Origin: a virus
Lineage: Duplodnaviria > Caudoviricetes
Direction: 5' to 3' (one strand)
Virus record (IMG/VR): IMGVR_UViG_3300048855_000047
Span: 1-46,664 of that record
Length of the DNA stretch: 46,664 bases
This document shows positions 26,311 to 34,328 of this stretch, piece after piece. Each line of letters opens with the position of its first letter. Positions within the stretch are counted from its first letter, which is position 1. Under the pieces are notes generated by a model. It made no database searches. It saw only the letters and a program-made list of their open reading frames with translations, and was not told where the DNA came from. The translations under genes were made by a program, and so were the position numbers.

Positions 26311-26860
26311 GCACCTACGTACCAGGCACCACCACAGCCCGGGGGTCACTGACCTACGGGGCTGGTGGTGTTCGGACCGCAGGTGGTGAGGGTGGGAGGT
26401 GAGGGAGCAGAGAGGACCCGTGCTCACAAGGAGCGCCGGGCCCCCTCCGCTGGACGTACCGCAGGCGGAGCCGGGCGGTGTGGCGTCATCACGTCGAGGA
26501 GCAGCACGAAGGGCTGCCAGGAACGGTCTGCGCGGGATCACTCGGTACCTGCCCGCGCTGCCCCCCACACGTCGTCGTAGTCACCGTGCACCGCCCGGTT
26601 CTGCCTTGACCGGTGCTGCATGAGGGGTCGGGAAAGTGATCCCGCTCTAACCGGGGACGACACCGGGGACTAGCCGGTTCACCCGACACGTTCGGGCGCA
26701 GACGATCACTCGCGAGCGGGTTGGCACACCTCTCGTGGGCCGAGACGCTAGCACCTTGTCGGAGGTCTCCGGTAGCCTCTGGATCGACGGTCACGCGCAG
26801 ACGGCACACCTCGCACCCGTCGTAGGACCCCCGGGATGGCGGAGCCCCCCGGGGGTCCTC
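26311..26860 (+). ncRNA. candidate large structured non-coding RNA or structured replication origin
   Basis: Largest gene-free gap; at least 10 helices including a 20-bp long-range stem with 4 G-U pairs (26463-26482/26587-26606). Confidence 0.55.
26824..26859 (+). terminator. 12-bp perfect stem-loop closing the non-coding region
   Basis: aggacccccggg / cccgggggtcct. Confidence 0.65.
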
Positions 26861-26873
26861 GCACGTCCAGGCC

Positions 26874-26903
26874 ATGTGCCGCGTGTAGCGCAGGTGCTAT
26901 GGT
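26874..26903 (+). promoter_or_regulatory. palindrome-containing promoter P7 (leaderless start at 26910)
   Basis: ATGTGC-18 nt-TATGGT-6 nt-ATG; TAGCGCAGGTGCTA. Confidence 0.7.
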
Positions 26904-26909
26904 GACCAC

Positions 26910-27344
26910 ATGAGCACCCCGACCATCGAGACCCCACTGACCGCCGAGGCGCGTCGTGGTCGGCTCCTGACGGTTGCTGCCGAGCTGACCACCGAACTCG
27001 GGCACCGACCCTCCCACGCCGACCTCGCGCGCCGCTTCAACGTCACCGCCCGCACCATCGGCCGCGACCTGCGCCAGATGGCGGCGGCCGGCAAGTCCGT
27101 TCCGCTCACGCGCGGGGACGCCGACATGAACGCCGCCGCCACGCGCCGCGCGGGCATGCCCGCCGTCATCCGCCAGTGGGCGGCGCAGCACGGCGGACGC
27201 GCCCCCACGCAGGTGGACCTGGCCGACCACTACGGCGTGAGCCGCCGCTCCATCCAGGTGGACCTGGAGGTGCTGGCCTCGGAGGGGCTGGTCACCGTGG
27301 AGCGCAAGGGCCGACACACCGTGTGGGTCGCCGCCACCGACTGA
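26910..27344 (+). CDS. tandem HTH DNA-binding protein
   Basis: PSHADLARRFNVTARTIGRDL and PTQVDLADHYGVSRRSIQVDL. Confidence 0.8.
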   Translation: MSTPTIETPLTAEARRGRLLTVAAELTTELGHRPSHADLARRFNVTARTIGRDLRQMAAAGKSVPLTRGDADMNAAATRRAGMPAVIRQWAAQHGGRAPTQVDLADHYGVSRRSIQVDLEVLASEGLVTVERKGRHTVWVAATD

Positions 27345-27395
27345 CCACACCCCCGCTCCAACCACCCCGCCCAGGACCCCGAGAGGACCACACCC

Positions 27396-27872
27396 ATGCC
27401 CGCCAAGTACGCCGAGGGGACCACCGTCCCCGCCGAACGCTCCCAGGCCGAAATCGGCGAGACCGTCAGGCGCTACGGCGCCCAGGGGTTCATGTTCGGC
27501 TGGGAGGACAGCCACGCCATGATCGCGTTCCGCGTCGGCGAACGGCAGGTCCGGTTCCTGCTGGACCTGCCCGACCCGGCCGCCAAGGAGTTCACGCTCA
27601 CCCCCACCGGCCAGAAGCGCCGCGACCCCGGAGCCGCCTACGACGCCGAGTTGCGCCGCCGCTGGCGCTGCCTGGCCCTGGCCATCAAGGCCAAGTTGGA
27701 GTCGGTCGCCACCGGGATCACCACGTTCGAGGACGAGTTCCTGGCGCACATCGTGCTGCCCGACGGCTCCACCGTCAGCGACCACGTGCACCAGCAGATC
27801 ACCGAGGCGTGGCGCACGGGCGGGCGGATGCCCGGGCTCCTGCCGCAACTCGGGCCGGGTCCCTCGGCATGA
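27396..27872 (+). CDS. hypothetical phage protein
   Basis: GAGGA RBS; clean 158-aa ORF. Confidence 0.75.
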   Translation: MPAKYAEGTTVPAERSQAEIGETVRRYGAQGFMFGWEDSHAMIAFRVGERQVRFLLDLPDPAAKEFTLTPTGQKRRDPGAAYDAELRRRWRCLALAIKAKLESVATGITTFEDEFLAHIVLPDGSTVSDHVHQQITEAWRTGGRMPGLLPQLGPGPSA

Positions 27873-28180
27873 CCGGCCCGGCGCCGCTGTGGCTGTGGGC
27901 GACACTGCCCCTACGCCGCGAACTGCAAGCCGAGTACGACCTGTTGCTGCAAGCGCACATCGAGCAGGCCGAGCAGGCCACCCGGGGGGTCATGCTGAAC
28001 GCCCGCGCCGTCGCTGCCGGGCGCAGCATCGGCGAGTTGTTCCGGGTGAACACCGCCACCGCGAACGCCTGGGCCTCCGAGGAACTACGCGAGTTCTGGC
28101 GGACTCACCCCCGTCCCACGTTCGTCCAGTACGAGGCGCACCGCCTCGCCGACACCGAGGAGTGGTACCCGTGGTCCTGA
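27869..28180 (+). CDS. hypothetical protein
   Basis: ATGA overlap; WASEELREFW..HPR. Confidence 0.7.
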   Translation: MTGPAPLWLWATLPLRRELQAEYDLLLQAHIEQAEQATRGVMLNARAVAAGRSIGELFRVNTATANAWASEELREFWRTHPRPTFVQYEAHRLADTEEWYPWS

Positions 28181-28377
28181 CCCGCCCCCAGCAGGAGGAC
28201 GTCCACGCCATCGCCCGCGCGATCCGCAGCGCCCCCGGCGGCCACCCCCCGGGCCGGGTGGACACGGCCTACGTGGCGGGTGAGGAGGCGGACCGCATCA
28301 TCGTCCAGGTGGACAGCGGCACCGGCGACGCCCGCGCGTACCGCCTGCGCGTCGAGGCCATCGAGGCGGGGCAGTGA
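28171..28377 (+). CDS. hypothetical protein
   Basis: GAGGAG RBS before GTG; fills gap. Confidence 0.55.
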   Translation: MVLTRPQQEDVHAIARAIRSAPGGHPPGRVDTAYVAGEEADRIIVQVDSGTGDARAYRLRVEAIEAGQ

Positions 28378-28934
28378 GCGCCGTCGTGCTCGGGGTGGAC
28401 CCGGGCGCCAAGGGCACGGGCCTCGCCCTGGTGGCCCATGGCCAACTCCGCCACGCCGAGACGGTCCGCACGGTCCGCGCCGACCCGCTGCGCCCGGCGC
28501 ACACCTACCTGGCGTCCGTCCTGGAGCAGGTGACCCTGGCCCTGATCGACGCTGGACAGCGCGGCGAGCTCGTGGAGGCCATCGCGGTGGAGGGCGTCAC
28601 GAAGCCCAACCCTCACATGAACCGCCGCAACGGGCGGGCCGCCACGGACCCGTCGCACATCATGGGCGCCGCCATGGTGTTCGGCGCCGTCGTCGCCCAC
28701 GACTGGCCGGTGCGCGTCCTCGTGGTCCGGCCCGGCGGGAACGGGTCGCGCCCGCTGGGGGCGTACCCCTCGCCCCTGGTCTCCGACGCGGAGCGACGCG
28801 TCTCGGGCTGGCAGATGCGTCCGGCCGGCACCGGGAAGTTGAAGGATCAGCGGTCCGCCTACGACGTGGCGCGCGAGGCCGCGCAGTACGTCCCGGCCAT
28901 CGCCGGAACGACCCGGCTCACCTACTTGTACTAG
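28374..28934 (+). CDS. RuvC-like Holliday junction resolvase
   Basis: VLGVDPGAKGTGLA, IAVEG and C-terminal DQRSAYD, RNase H-like acidic pattern. Confidence 0.7.
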   Translation: MSAVVLGVDPGAKGTGLALVAHGQLRHAETVRTVRADPLRPAHTYLASVLEQVTLALIDAGQRGELVEAIAVEGVTKPNPHMNRRNGRAATDPSHIMGAAMVFGAVVAHDWPVRVLVVRPGGNGSRPLGAYPSPLVSDAERRVSGWQMRPAGTGKLKDQRSAYDVAREAAQYVPAIAGTTRLTYLY

Positions 28935-28955
28935 TCCTAGCACTAATGCTACGGT
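28926..28955 (+). promoter_or_regulatory. palindrome-containing promoter P8
   Basis: TTGTAC-18 nt-TACGGT; TAGCACTAATGCTA. Confidence 0.7.
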
Positions 28956-28995
28956 CTGGACATCAAGTCGATCCCGTGCAAGAAGGAGCCCCAAC

Positions 28996-30231
28996 ATGAC
29001 CACCAGCCCCACAGACCCCACCGTCGTCGGCCTGTTCGCGGGCCCCGGCGGCTGGGCCCAGGGACTGCGCCACCTCGGCCTCACCGAGCGCGGCCTGGAC
29101 GTGTCCGTCCCCGCCGTCCTGACGGCCACCGCCGCCGGGCACCTGCGCGAGGGAGCCGACGTCGCCCAGGACCCCACGCTCACCCCCAGCGCACGTGCCG
29201 ACGCGCTCATGACCGCCGCCGACGTGGCCGCCACCGACCCGCAGGAGTGGGTGGCCAAGCGGTTCAGCACCCAGCCCACGGGCCACGTGGACTCCCCGCC
29301 CTGCCAGGGGTTCTCGATGGCCGGGAAGGGCCGCAGCCGTGACGACTCCGTGCACCTCCTGCACCGCCTGGAGGGCGTGACCACCCGCAGCGACCTGGAG
29401 CGCGTCGTGCGCGACCTCGGCCCGCGCATGACCGACGCCCGCACGCTGCTCGTCCTGGAGCCGCTGCGCTGGGCCCTGGCCCTCACCCCGTCGTGGGTCG
29501 CCTGGGAGCAGGTCCCCGGCGTCCTGCCGCTGTGGCAGGAGTGCGCCGCCGTCCTGCGTCGCGTCGGGTACAGCGTCGCCACCGGCAACATCCAGGCCGA
29601 GCAGTACGGCGTCCCGCAGACCCGCCGCCGCGCCATCCTCGTGGCCCGCTCCGCCGACTTCGCCGACCAGCACGGGCCCGCCGCGCTGCCCACCCCCACG
29701 CACTCGCGCTACTACCCGCGCACCCCCGAGCGCCGCGACCCGGGCGTGCTGCCCTGGATCAGCATGGGCGAGGCCCTCGGCGGCGGGTACGAAGGGCTGG
29801 CTGTCCGCTCCAACTACGGCACCGGCGGTGACCCCGCCGCGCGCGGCGTCCGCACCGCCGACCAGCCCGCAGCGGCCGTCACCGGCAAGGTCGGCCGGAA
29901 CAAGTGGGTGCCGGAGTTCAACGACCAGACCGGCACCGAGTACGACCCCGACTGGCCGTTCAAGCGCCCCGCCACCGCCGTAGCCGGGCGCGGCCTCGTG
30001 CAGAACCCCGGGGCCACGGCCAACCGGTTCAACGGCTCCACGAAGTCCCGCAACGACGGGGTGCGGGTCACCGTCCAGGAGGCCGCCCTCCTCCAGTCGT
30101 TCCCCGCCGACTACCCGTGGCACGGCACCACCAGCCAGCAGTACCAGCAGGTGGGCGACGCCGTGCCGCCGCTGCTCGCCCGGGCCATCGTGTCCGCCGT
30201 CGCGAACATCCCCCTGGAGGTCCGGCCGTGA
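28996..30231 (+). CDS. DNA (cytosine-5) methyltransferase
   Basis: Motif I LFAGPGG, IV SPPCQGFS, VI EQV, VIII PQTRRR, IX-X EAALLQSFP...QVGDAVPP. Confidence 0.9.
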   Translation: MTTSPTDPTVVGLFAGPGGWAQGLRHLGLTERGLDVSVPAVLTATAAGHLREGADVAQDPTLTPSARADALMTAADVAATDPQEWVAKRFSTQPTGHVDSPPCQGFSMAGKGRSRDDSVHLLHRLEGVTTRSDLERVVRDLGPRMTDARTLLVLEPLRWALALTPSWVAWEQVPGVLPLWQECAAVLRRVGYSVATGNIQAEQYGVPQTRRRAILVARSADFADQHGPAALPTPTHSRYYPRTPERRDPGVLPWISMGEALGGGYEGLAVRSNYGTGGDPAARGVRTADQPAAAVTGKVGRNKWVPEFNDQTGTEYDPDWPFKRPATAVAGRGLVQNPGATANRFNGSTKSRNDGVRVTVQEAALLQSFPADYPWHGTTSQQYQQVGDAVPPLLARAIVSAVANIPLEVRP

Positions 30232-30353
30232 TGTCCCCCGAGTGCGAGCGCCACCAGCACACGACCTGCCCGCGCGTCCTGCCCGCCCAGGGCAACGTCC
30301 GGTGCACATGCCCCTGCCACCGCCAGGTCGGCGTGGCCCCAGCGAACGGATGA
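30231..30353 (+). CDS. small Cys/His-rich protein (40 aa)
   Basis: MSPECERHQHTTC...CTCPCH; coupled start/stop. Confidence 0.6.
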   Translation: MSPECERHQHTTCPRVLPAQGNVRCTCPCHRQVGVAPANG

Positions 30354-30526
30354 CCGCCATGCGCTCCCGCCGCAACCGCCGCGCCGTCGGCTGGTACCAC
30401 CCCATGAGCAACGGGTACCGCCTCGTGATCGCCACGAACTGGCGTGGTGACCACCTGCTCTACCCCCACCGCGTCGTCGTCCGCCAGTACGGGACCGCGT
30501 TCTACGTGGACGCCCGCGACGCCTGA
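30350..30526 (+). CDS. hypothetical protein
   Basis: ATGA overlap. Confidence 0.55.
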   Translation: MTAMRSRRNRRAVGWYHPMSNGYRLVIATNWRGDHLLYPHRVVVRQYGTAFYVDARDA

Positions 30527-30565
30527 CCGCCCGCCCAGCCCTTCCCCCGCCTGAGGAGCCCGACC

Positions 30566-30874
30566 ATGCCCGAGCCGACCATGGGCGTCATCGCCGACGC
30601 CGCCTACGCCTACGACGCCGCCTACCGTGCGGCACCTTCCACCGTGGTGGGTGACCCGCACGTCCTGCGGCACGCCCGCGCGATCAGCGCCGTCCTGGCG
30701 TGGGTCGCCGAGCACCCGGAGGCCATCGGCGCCGTCCGCGAGGACGCGCAGCGCATCCGCACCACCCGGGGCGGCGCGTTCATCGTCCCGGCCGACCAGG
30801 AACTCCGCGTGCACAGCGAGCCGGTCCACCGGTACGTCCTGCCGTGGACCGACACCGAGGACGTGACCGAGTGA
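30566..30874 (+). CDS. hypothetical protein
   Basis: GAGGAG RBS. Confidence 0.7.
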   Translation: MPEPTMGVIADAAYAYDAAYRAAPSTVVGDPHVLRHARAISAVLAWVAEHPEAIGAVREDAQRIRTTRGGAFIVPADQELRVHSEPVHRYVLPWTDTEDVTE

Positions 30875-31749
30875 GCGACCAGACGCCCGGCGGCGCCCGC
30901 ACCATCACCGCCGACCTGCTGGAGCGGCTGCGCCGCCACTACATCAAGCCCGGCCAGGTCCCCGCCGGTGGGGTGTTCCTGCCCGAGGTCGGGTGGAACG
31001 CCACCGGCGGCACCTCCCGCGCCGACGCCCTGTACGTGGGGTTCACCTCCGCGTCCGGGCGGCTGCTCGTGGGCCACGAGGTGAAGGCCAGCCGGTCCGA
31101 CTGGCTCAGCGAGCTCAACAAGCCCGGCAAGGCCGACGGGTGGGCCGACCAGTGCCACGCCTGGTACCTCGTGACCATCCCCGGCGTCGTCGCCGAGGGG
31201 GAACTGCCCCCCGGGTGGGGGCTCATGCACCCGGGCACCTCCCGCACGCGCATGAAGGTCGTCACGACCGCGCACGTCCACCGCGACCGAACCCCCTCCT
31301 GGGATGCGGCCAGGTCCATCATGGCCCGGCTCGACACCCTCCAGATGGACGCCCGGGCCGCCATCCGCGCGGAGGAGCACGCCAAGGTGAAGGGCGAACT
31401 GGACGCGGCGGCCGCCGCCGAGCAGCGGTGGGCCGAGCACGCACAGACGCAGGTGCAGGAACTGCGCACACGCCTGCGGTGGGTCGAGGAGACGCTGGGG
31501 GTGCGCCTGGTGGACGACCACGGCCCGGGCGGGATGCAGAACGGCACCGCGACCCGCGCCGAGCTAGCCGACGTCGCTGGTCTCCTGGCGCACCACACGT
31601 CCCTGCGGGACGCCGCCCGGGCGCTGAGCGACCGCTACGGCCGCACGGACCTGGCGCACCTGCGGCAGGCCCTGGACGCCGTGGAGGCGGCCGTGCAGCG
31701 TGCTCGCGACGGTCTGCCGGCCGAGGCTCGGACGACCTACCGCTACTAG
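30871..31749 (+). CDS. PD-(D/E)XK-like nuclease-fold protein (MmcB-like) with coiled-coil tail
   Basis: PEV...RADAL...HEVKASRSDW..EL..P.K and ELPPGWGL. Confidence 0.65.
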   Translation: MSDQTPGGARTITADLLERLRRHYIKPGQVPAGGVFLPEVGWNATGGTSRADALYVGFTSASGRLLVGHEVKASRSDWLSELNKPGKADGWADQCHAWYLVTIPGVVAEGELPPGWGLMHPGTSRTRMKVVTTAHVHRDRTPSWDAARSIMARLDTLQMDARAAIRAEEHAKVKGELDAAAAAEQRWAEHAQTQVQELRTRLRWVEETLGVRLVDDHGPGGMQNGTATRAELADVAGLLAHHTSLRDAARALSDRYGRTDLAHLRQALDAVEAAVQRARDGLPAEARTTYRY

Positions 31750-31776
31750 TCCCAGCCGTAGCACCAGTGCTACGGT
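31747..31776 (+). promoter_or_regulatory. palindrome-containing promoter P9
   Basis: TAGTCC-18 nt-TACGGT; TAGCACCAGTGCTA. Confidence 0.7.
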
Positions 31777-31807
31777 GAGAACACCCACCCCGCCCTGAGG
31801 AGAGACC

Positions 31808-32122
31808 ATGACCGCGCAAGCCGCACCCGACACCACCGCCACCATCGACGTGGACCCCGACGCGCCCGTCCTGTGCGCCGTCCCCGGCGGGTGCCCCCGC
31901 CGGGCCGTGGCCAGCACCCGGGGTCGCGTGAACCACGACACCGGCGGTGACGGGCACACCGTCTGCGCGACCTACCTCCTGTGCACCCCCTGCGCGGAGA
32001 GGCTGCGGGTCGAGTTCGCCCGGACCATCGTCATTGCCCACATCCTCGGCACCCCGCAGGTGTGCCGCGAGCACGGCGGCGCCCCGTGGTGCCCCGTCGT
32101 CGTCCTCACCCCCCTGGTCTGA
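31808..32122 (+). CDS. Cys-rich (Zn-binding?) hypothetical protein
   Basis: GAGGAG RBS; several Cys including CTPC. Confidence 0.65.
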   Translation: MTAQAAPDTTATIDVDPDAPVLCAVPGGCPRRAVASTRGRVNHDTGGDGHTVCATYLLCTPCAERLRVEFARTIVIAHILGTPQVCREHGGAPWCPVVVLTPLV

Positions 32123-32124
32123 CC

Positions 32125-32799
32125 ATGACCCCCTACCTGTTCGGGCTCCTGGTGGCCTTCGTCAGCCTGTGGGTCGTCTGCTGGGGCCCAGCCGCCGCCA
32201 TCGAGCGCCGGATCACTCACCGACCCGATCTCCCGGACGCCGGGCGGGAGCCCATCACGGGCCCGTCCGGGCACCGCATCATGGCGGGCGCCTGGGAGGA
32301 GCAGTACGTGGAGGCCGCCCTCGCTGCGCCCCTGCCCGGTGACCGCACCGAACGCCTCACCCCCGACGCGCTCGCCCGCTGGCGGCGCCTCTACCTGGCG
32401 CAGGGGGCGCCGGTCGCCACCGATGTCCCGCGCATCGACAGCAACGGCGACCTGCACTCCCAGGGCGGCCTGCACCCCGGGTGGGAGGCCCGGCGCCAGA
32501 TGCAGCCCGGCAGTTCCCAGCCCGCCATGGCGCACGCCCTGCGGCAGCGGTACTCCGTCGGCGGCGTCATCACCCCCGTGTACGCCCCCGAGTTCATCCT
32601 GACGCCCGAGCAGGCCCGGCGGAAGGCCGCCGAGGCTCGTGCGAGCGCCGAGCGGTGGGCGCAGCACCAGGCAACCCTGGAGCGCCAGCGCCGGTGCCCG
32701 CACGACGGGGACCGCGTGACCGAGCAGGACCTCATGGGCCCCCGGCCCACGTCCACCTGCATGATGTGCGGCGCGACCGTCCCGGACGGTGCGCTGTGA
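32125..32799 (+). CDS. N-terminal TM protein with C-terminal CPH...CxxC
   Basis: Hydrophobic N-terminus; CMMCG. Confidence 0.6.
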   Translation: MTPYLFGLLVAFVSLWVVCWGPAAAIERRITHRPDLPDAGREPITGPSGHRIMAGAWEEQYVEAALAAPLPGDRTERLTPDALARWRRLYLAQGAPVATDVPRIDSNGDLHSQGGLHPGWEARRQMQPGSSQPAMAHALRQRYSVGGVITPVYAPEFILTPEQARRKAAEARASAERWAQHQATLERQRRCPHDGDRVTEQDLMGPRPTSTCMMCGATVPDGAL

Positions 32800-33047
32800 C
32801 CGCCGGGCAGGGCAAGTCCCACCACTGCATCCGCTGCGGGAAGATCACCGGCACCACCCTGCGGTCCATCAAGGCTCAGTGCTCGTGGATCGCCCGGGCC
32901 CGCGCCACCGACCCCGACGGCTCGCAACCGCAGCGCCTCGTCTGGTTCTACCTGTGCCGGTACACGGGGTTCTGGCACTGGACGACCGAGCCCAAGCCCG
33001 GGACCCCCGGCTGGAACCCCCTCACTGAGGAGTACGAGCAGACATGA
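32796..33047 (+). CDS. small Zn-finger-like protein
   Basis: CIRCGK...YLCRYTGFWHWT. Confidence 0.6.
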   Translation: MTAGQGKSHHCIRCGKITGTTLRSIKAQCSWIARARATDPDGSQPQRLVWFYLCRYTGFWHWTTEPKPGTPGWNPLTEEYEQT

Positions 33048-33208
33048 CCGCTGGCCTGCCCCTGTCCGACCCCGACGGCGAGCGCCGCCGCAACACCGAG
33101 GCGCTCCTGGAGGAGGGCCTGTGGTACATGGGCAACCAGCGCCCAGGCATCACCCCCGACGACCGCCGCGCGGCCCGCGCACTGCCCAAGGAGACCGACC
33201 ATGGCTGA
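33044..33208 (+). CDS. hypothetical protein (54 aa)
   Basis: GAGGAG RBS, ATGA overlap; translated by hand. Confidence 0.5.
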   Translation: MTAGLPLSDPDGERRRNTEALLEEGLWYMGNQRPGITPDDRRAARALPKETDHG

Positions 33209-34328
33209 CGAGCTCGACACCCCGACCACCGACGACGCCGTAGAGCGAGCGCTGCGCGACCTGGACACGGTGCGAGACGACGACGCCGGGAGCGAGTACC
33301 GCGACGCCGCCGCAGACCGGGTGGCGACCGCGCTCAGAGCCTTCGCCGCTGCCCGTGCTGGGGAGGCGGAGCCGGACCACCCGGACGGGTGCGAGTGCCG
33401 CCGCTGCGCCGACGGCCCCTGGCAGCCCGCCAGCGCCGACGACGCCGTAGAGCGGGCCGCACGGGCGTGGTTTGAGTCATCGCCCGCCGCTGGCGGACCG
33501 GGGGCCTACGACCGCGCGTCGGAGGACATGAAGGTCCGCGTCCGCCTCCGTGTCGCCGCCGCCCTCGCTGCTGCCCGCGATGGGGAGGCGGGCCTACGTG
33601 CGGAGAACGCGCACCTGCTGGAGGCTAACCGACGACTGGAGTTCGACCGCGATGCCTGGCGCGACACGGCGCAGTACCACGCCGCTCAGCGCGGCGGGGA
33701 GGCGGTGGCCCGGGAGGAGCAGGACCTGATCGACCGAGCCCGTGCCCTGGCGCACTGCTTCGACGGCCTGGACGACGGCCCGGTCATGGACCAGTGGGTG
33801 GCTCACGATGGCTTCGCCGCCGGGCAGTTCACGACCGACGATCTGCGGGCCCTCGCGGACCTCGCCGCCCGGGGTAACACCCCAGCGGTGGACCGGGAGG
33901 CGCTGGCCCGCCACCTGTTCACGGAGTGGCGGCGGGTGCACCCCGGGACCCTGACGTGGGAGACGTTCGGTGACCGGCACCGGCAGCCGTTCTACGAGCA
34001 GGCCGACGTGTTCCTCGGCTTCCTCGCCGCCCGGGGTGACGTGCTGGCAGTGGACAGGGAGGCGCTGGCCGAGTTCCTCGCCGACAACGCCGGGGTGGAC
34101 TGGATCGAGCCCGCGACGCCGGGAGCGCTGGCGGACGCCGTGCTGACCTTCCTCTCCGCCCGGGCTGGCACCGCACCGACCGAGGTCGAGTGGGGCGTGC
34201 GGTGGCCCACCGAGAGGGCACCGTCCGCGATGGGTGAGAAAGAAGCCCGTGACATCGTGCAGGAGTCACACCTGGGGGCACGGCTCTACCAGCGCACCGT
34301 GTCCACATGGCGGGAGGTGCAGCCGTGA
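33201..34328 (+). CDS. modular hypothetical protein with repeated linkers
   Basis: DDAVERA x2, AAAR.GEA x2-3, LAARG...AVDREALA x2. Confidence 0.75.
   Translation: MADELDTPTTDDAVERALRDLDTVRDDDAGSEYRDAAADRVATALRAFAAARAGEAEPDHPDGCECRRCADGPWQPASADDAVERAARAWFESSPAAGGPGAYDRASEDMKVRVRLRVAAALAAARDGEAGLRAENAHLLEANRRLEFDRDAWRDTAQYHAAQRGGEAVAREEQDLIDRARALAHCFDGLDDGPVMDQWVAHDGFAAGQFTTDDLRALADLAARGNTPAVDREALARHLFTEWRRVHPGTLTWETFGDRHRQPFYEQADVFLGFLAARGDVLAVDREALAEFLADNAGVDWIEPATPGALADAVLTFLSARAGTAPTEVEWGVRWPTERAPSAMGEKEARDIVQESHLGARLYQRTVSTWREVQP

Noticed and set aside
25908-26402. ORF with a His-rich stretch (EDHHHEHHE), possibly leaderless from 26010
   Set aside because: Overlaps the better-supported 26050-26310 gene, which has a GGAGG RBS; the rest is Arg/Pro-rich off-frame sequence
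26625-26645. GGAAAGT resembling the RNase P RNA core, or a group I/II intron
   Set aside because: The other conserved RNase P elements and a group II domain V were not found, and no interrupted gene flanks the region
26365-26875. Short ORFs in the structured gap (26365-26580, 26399-26623, minus 26489-26875)
   Set aside because: No convincing codon bias or protein-like features; base-pairing explains the sequence better, though translation is not excluded
33201-34328. Diversity-generating retroelement repeats
   Set aside because: No reverse transcriptase, and the repeats are short linkers without adenine-specific variation
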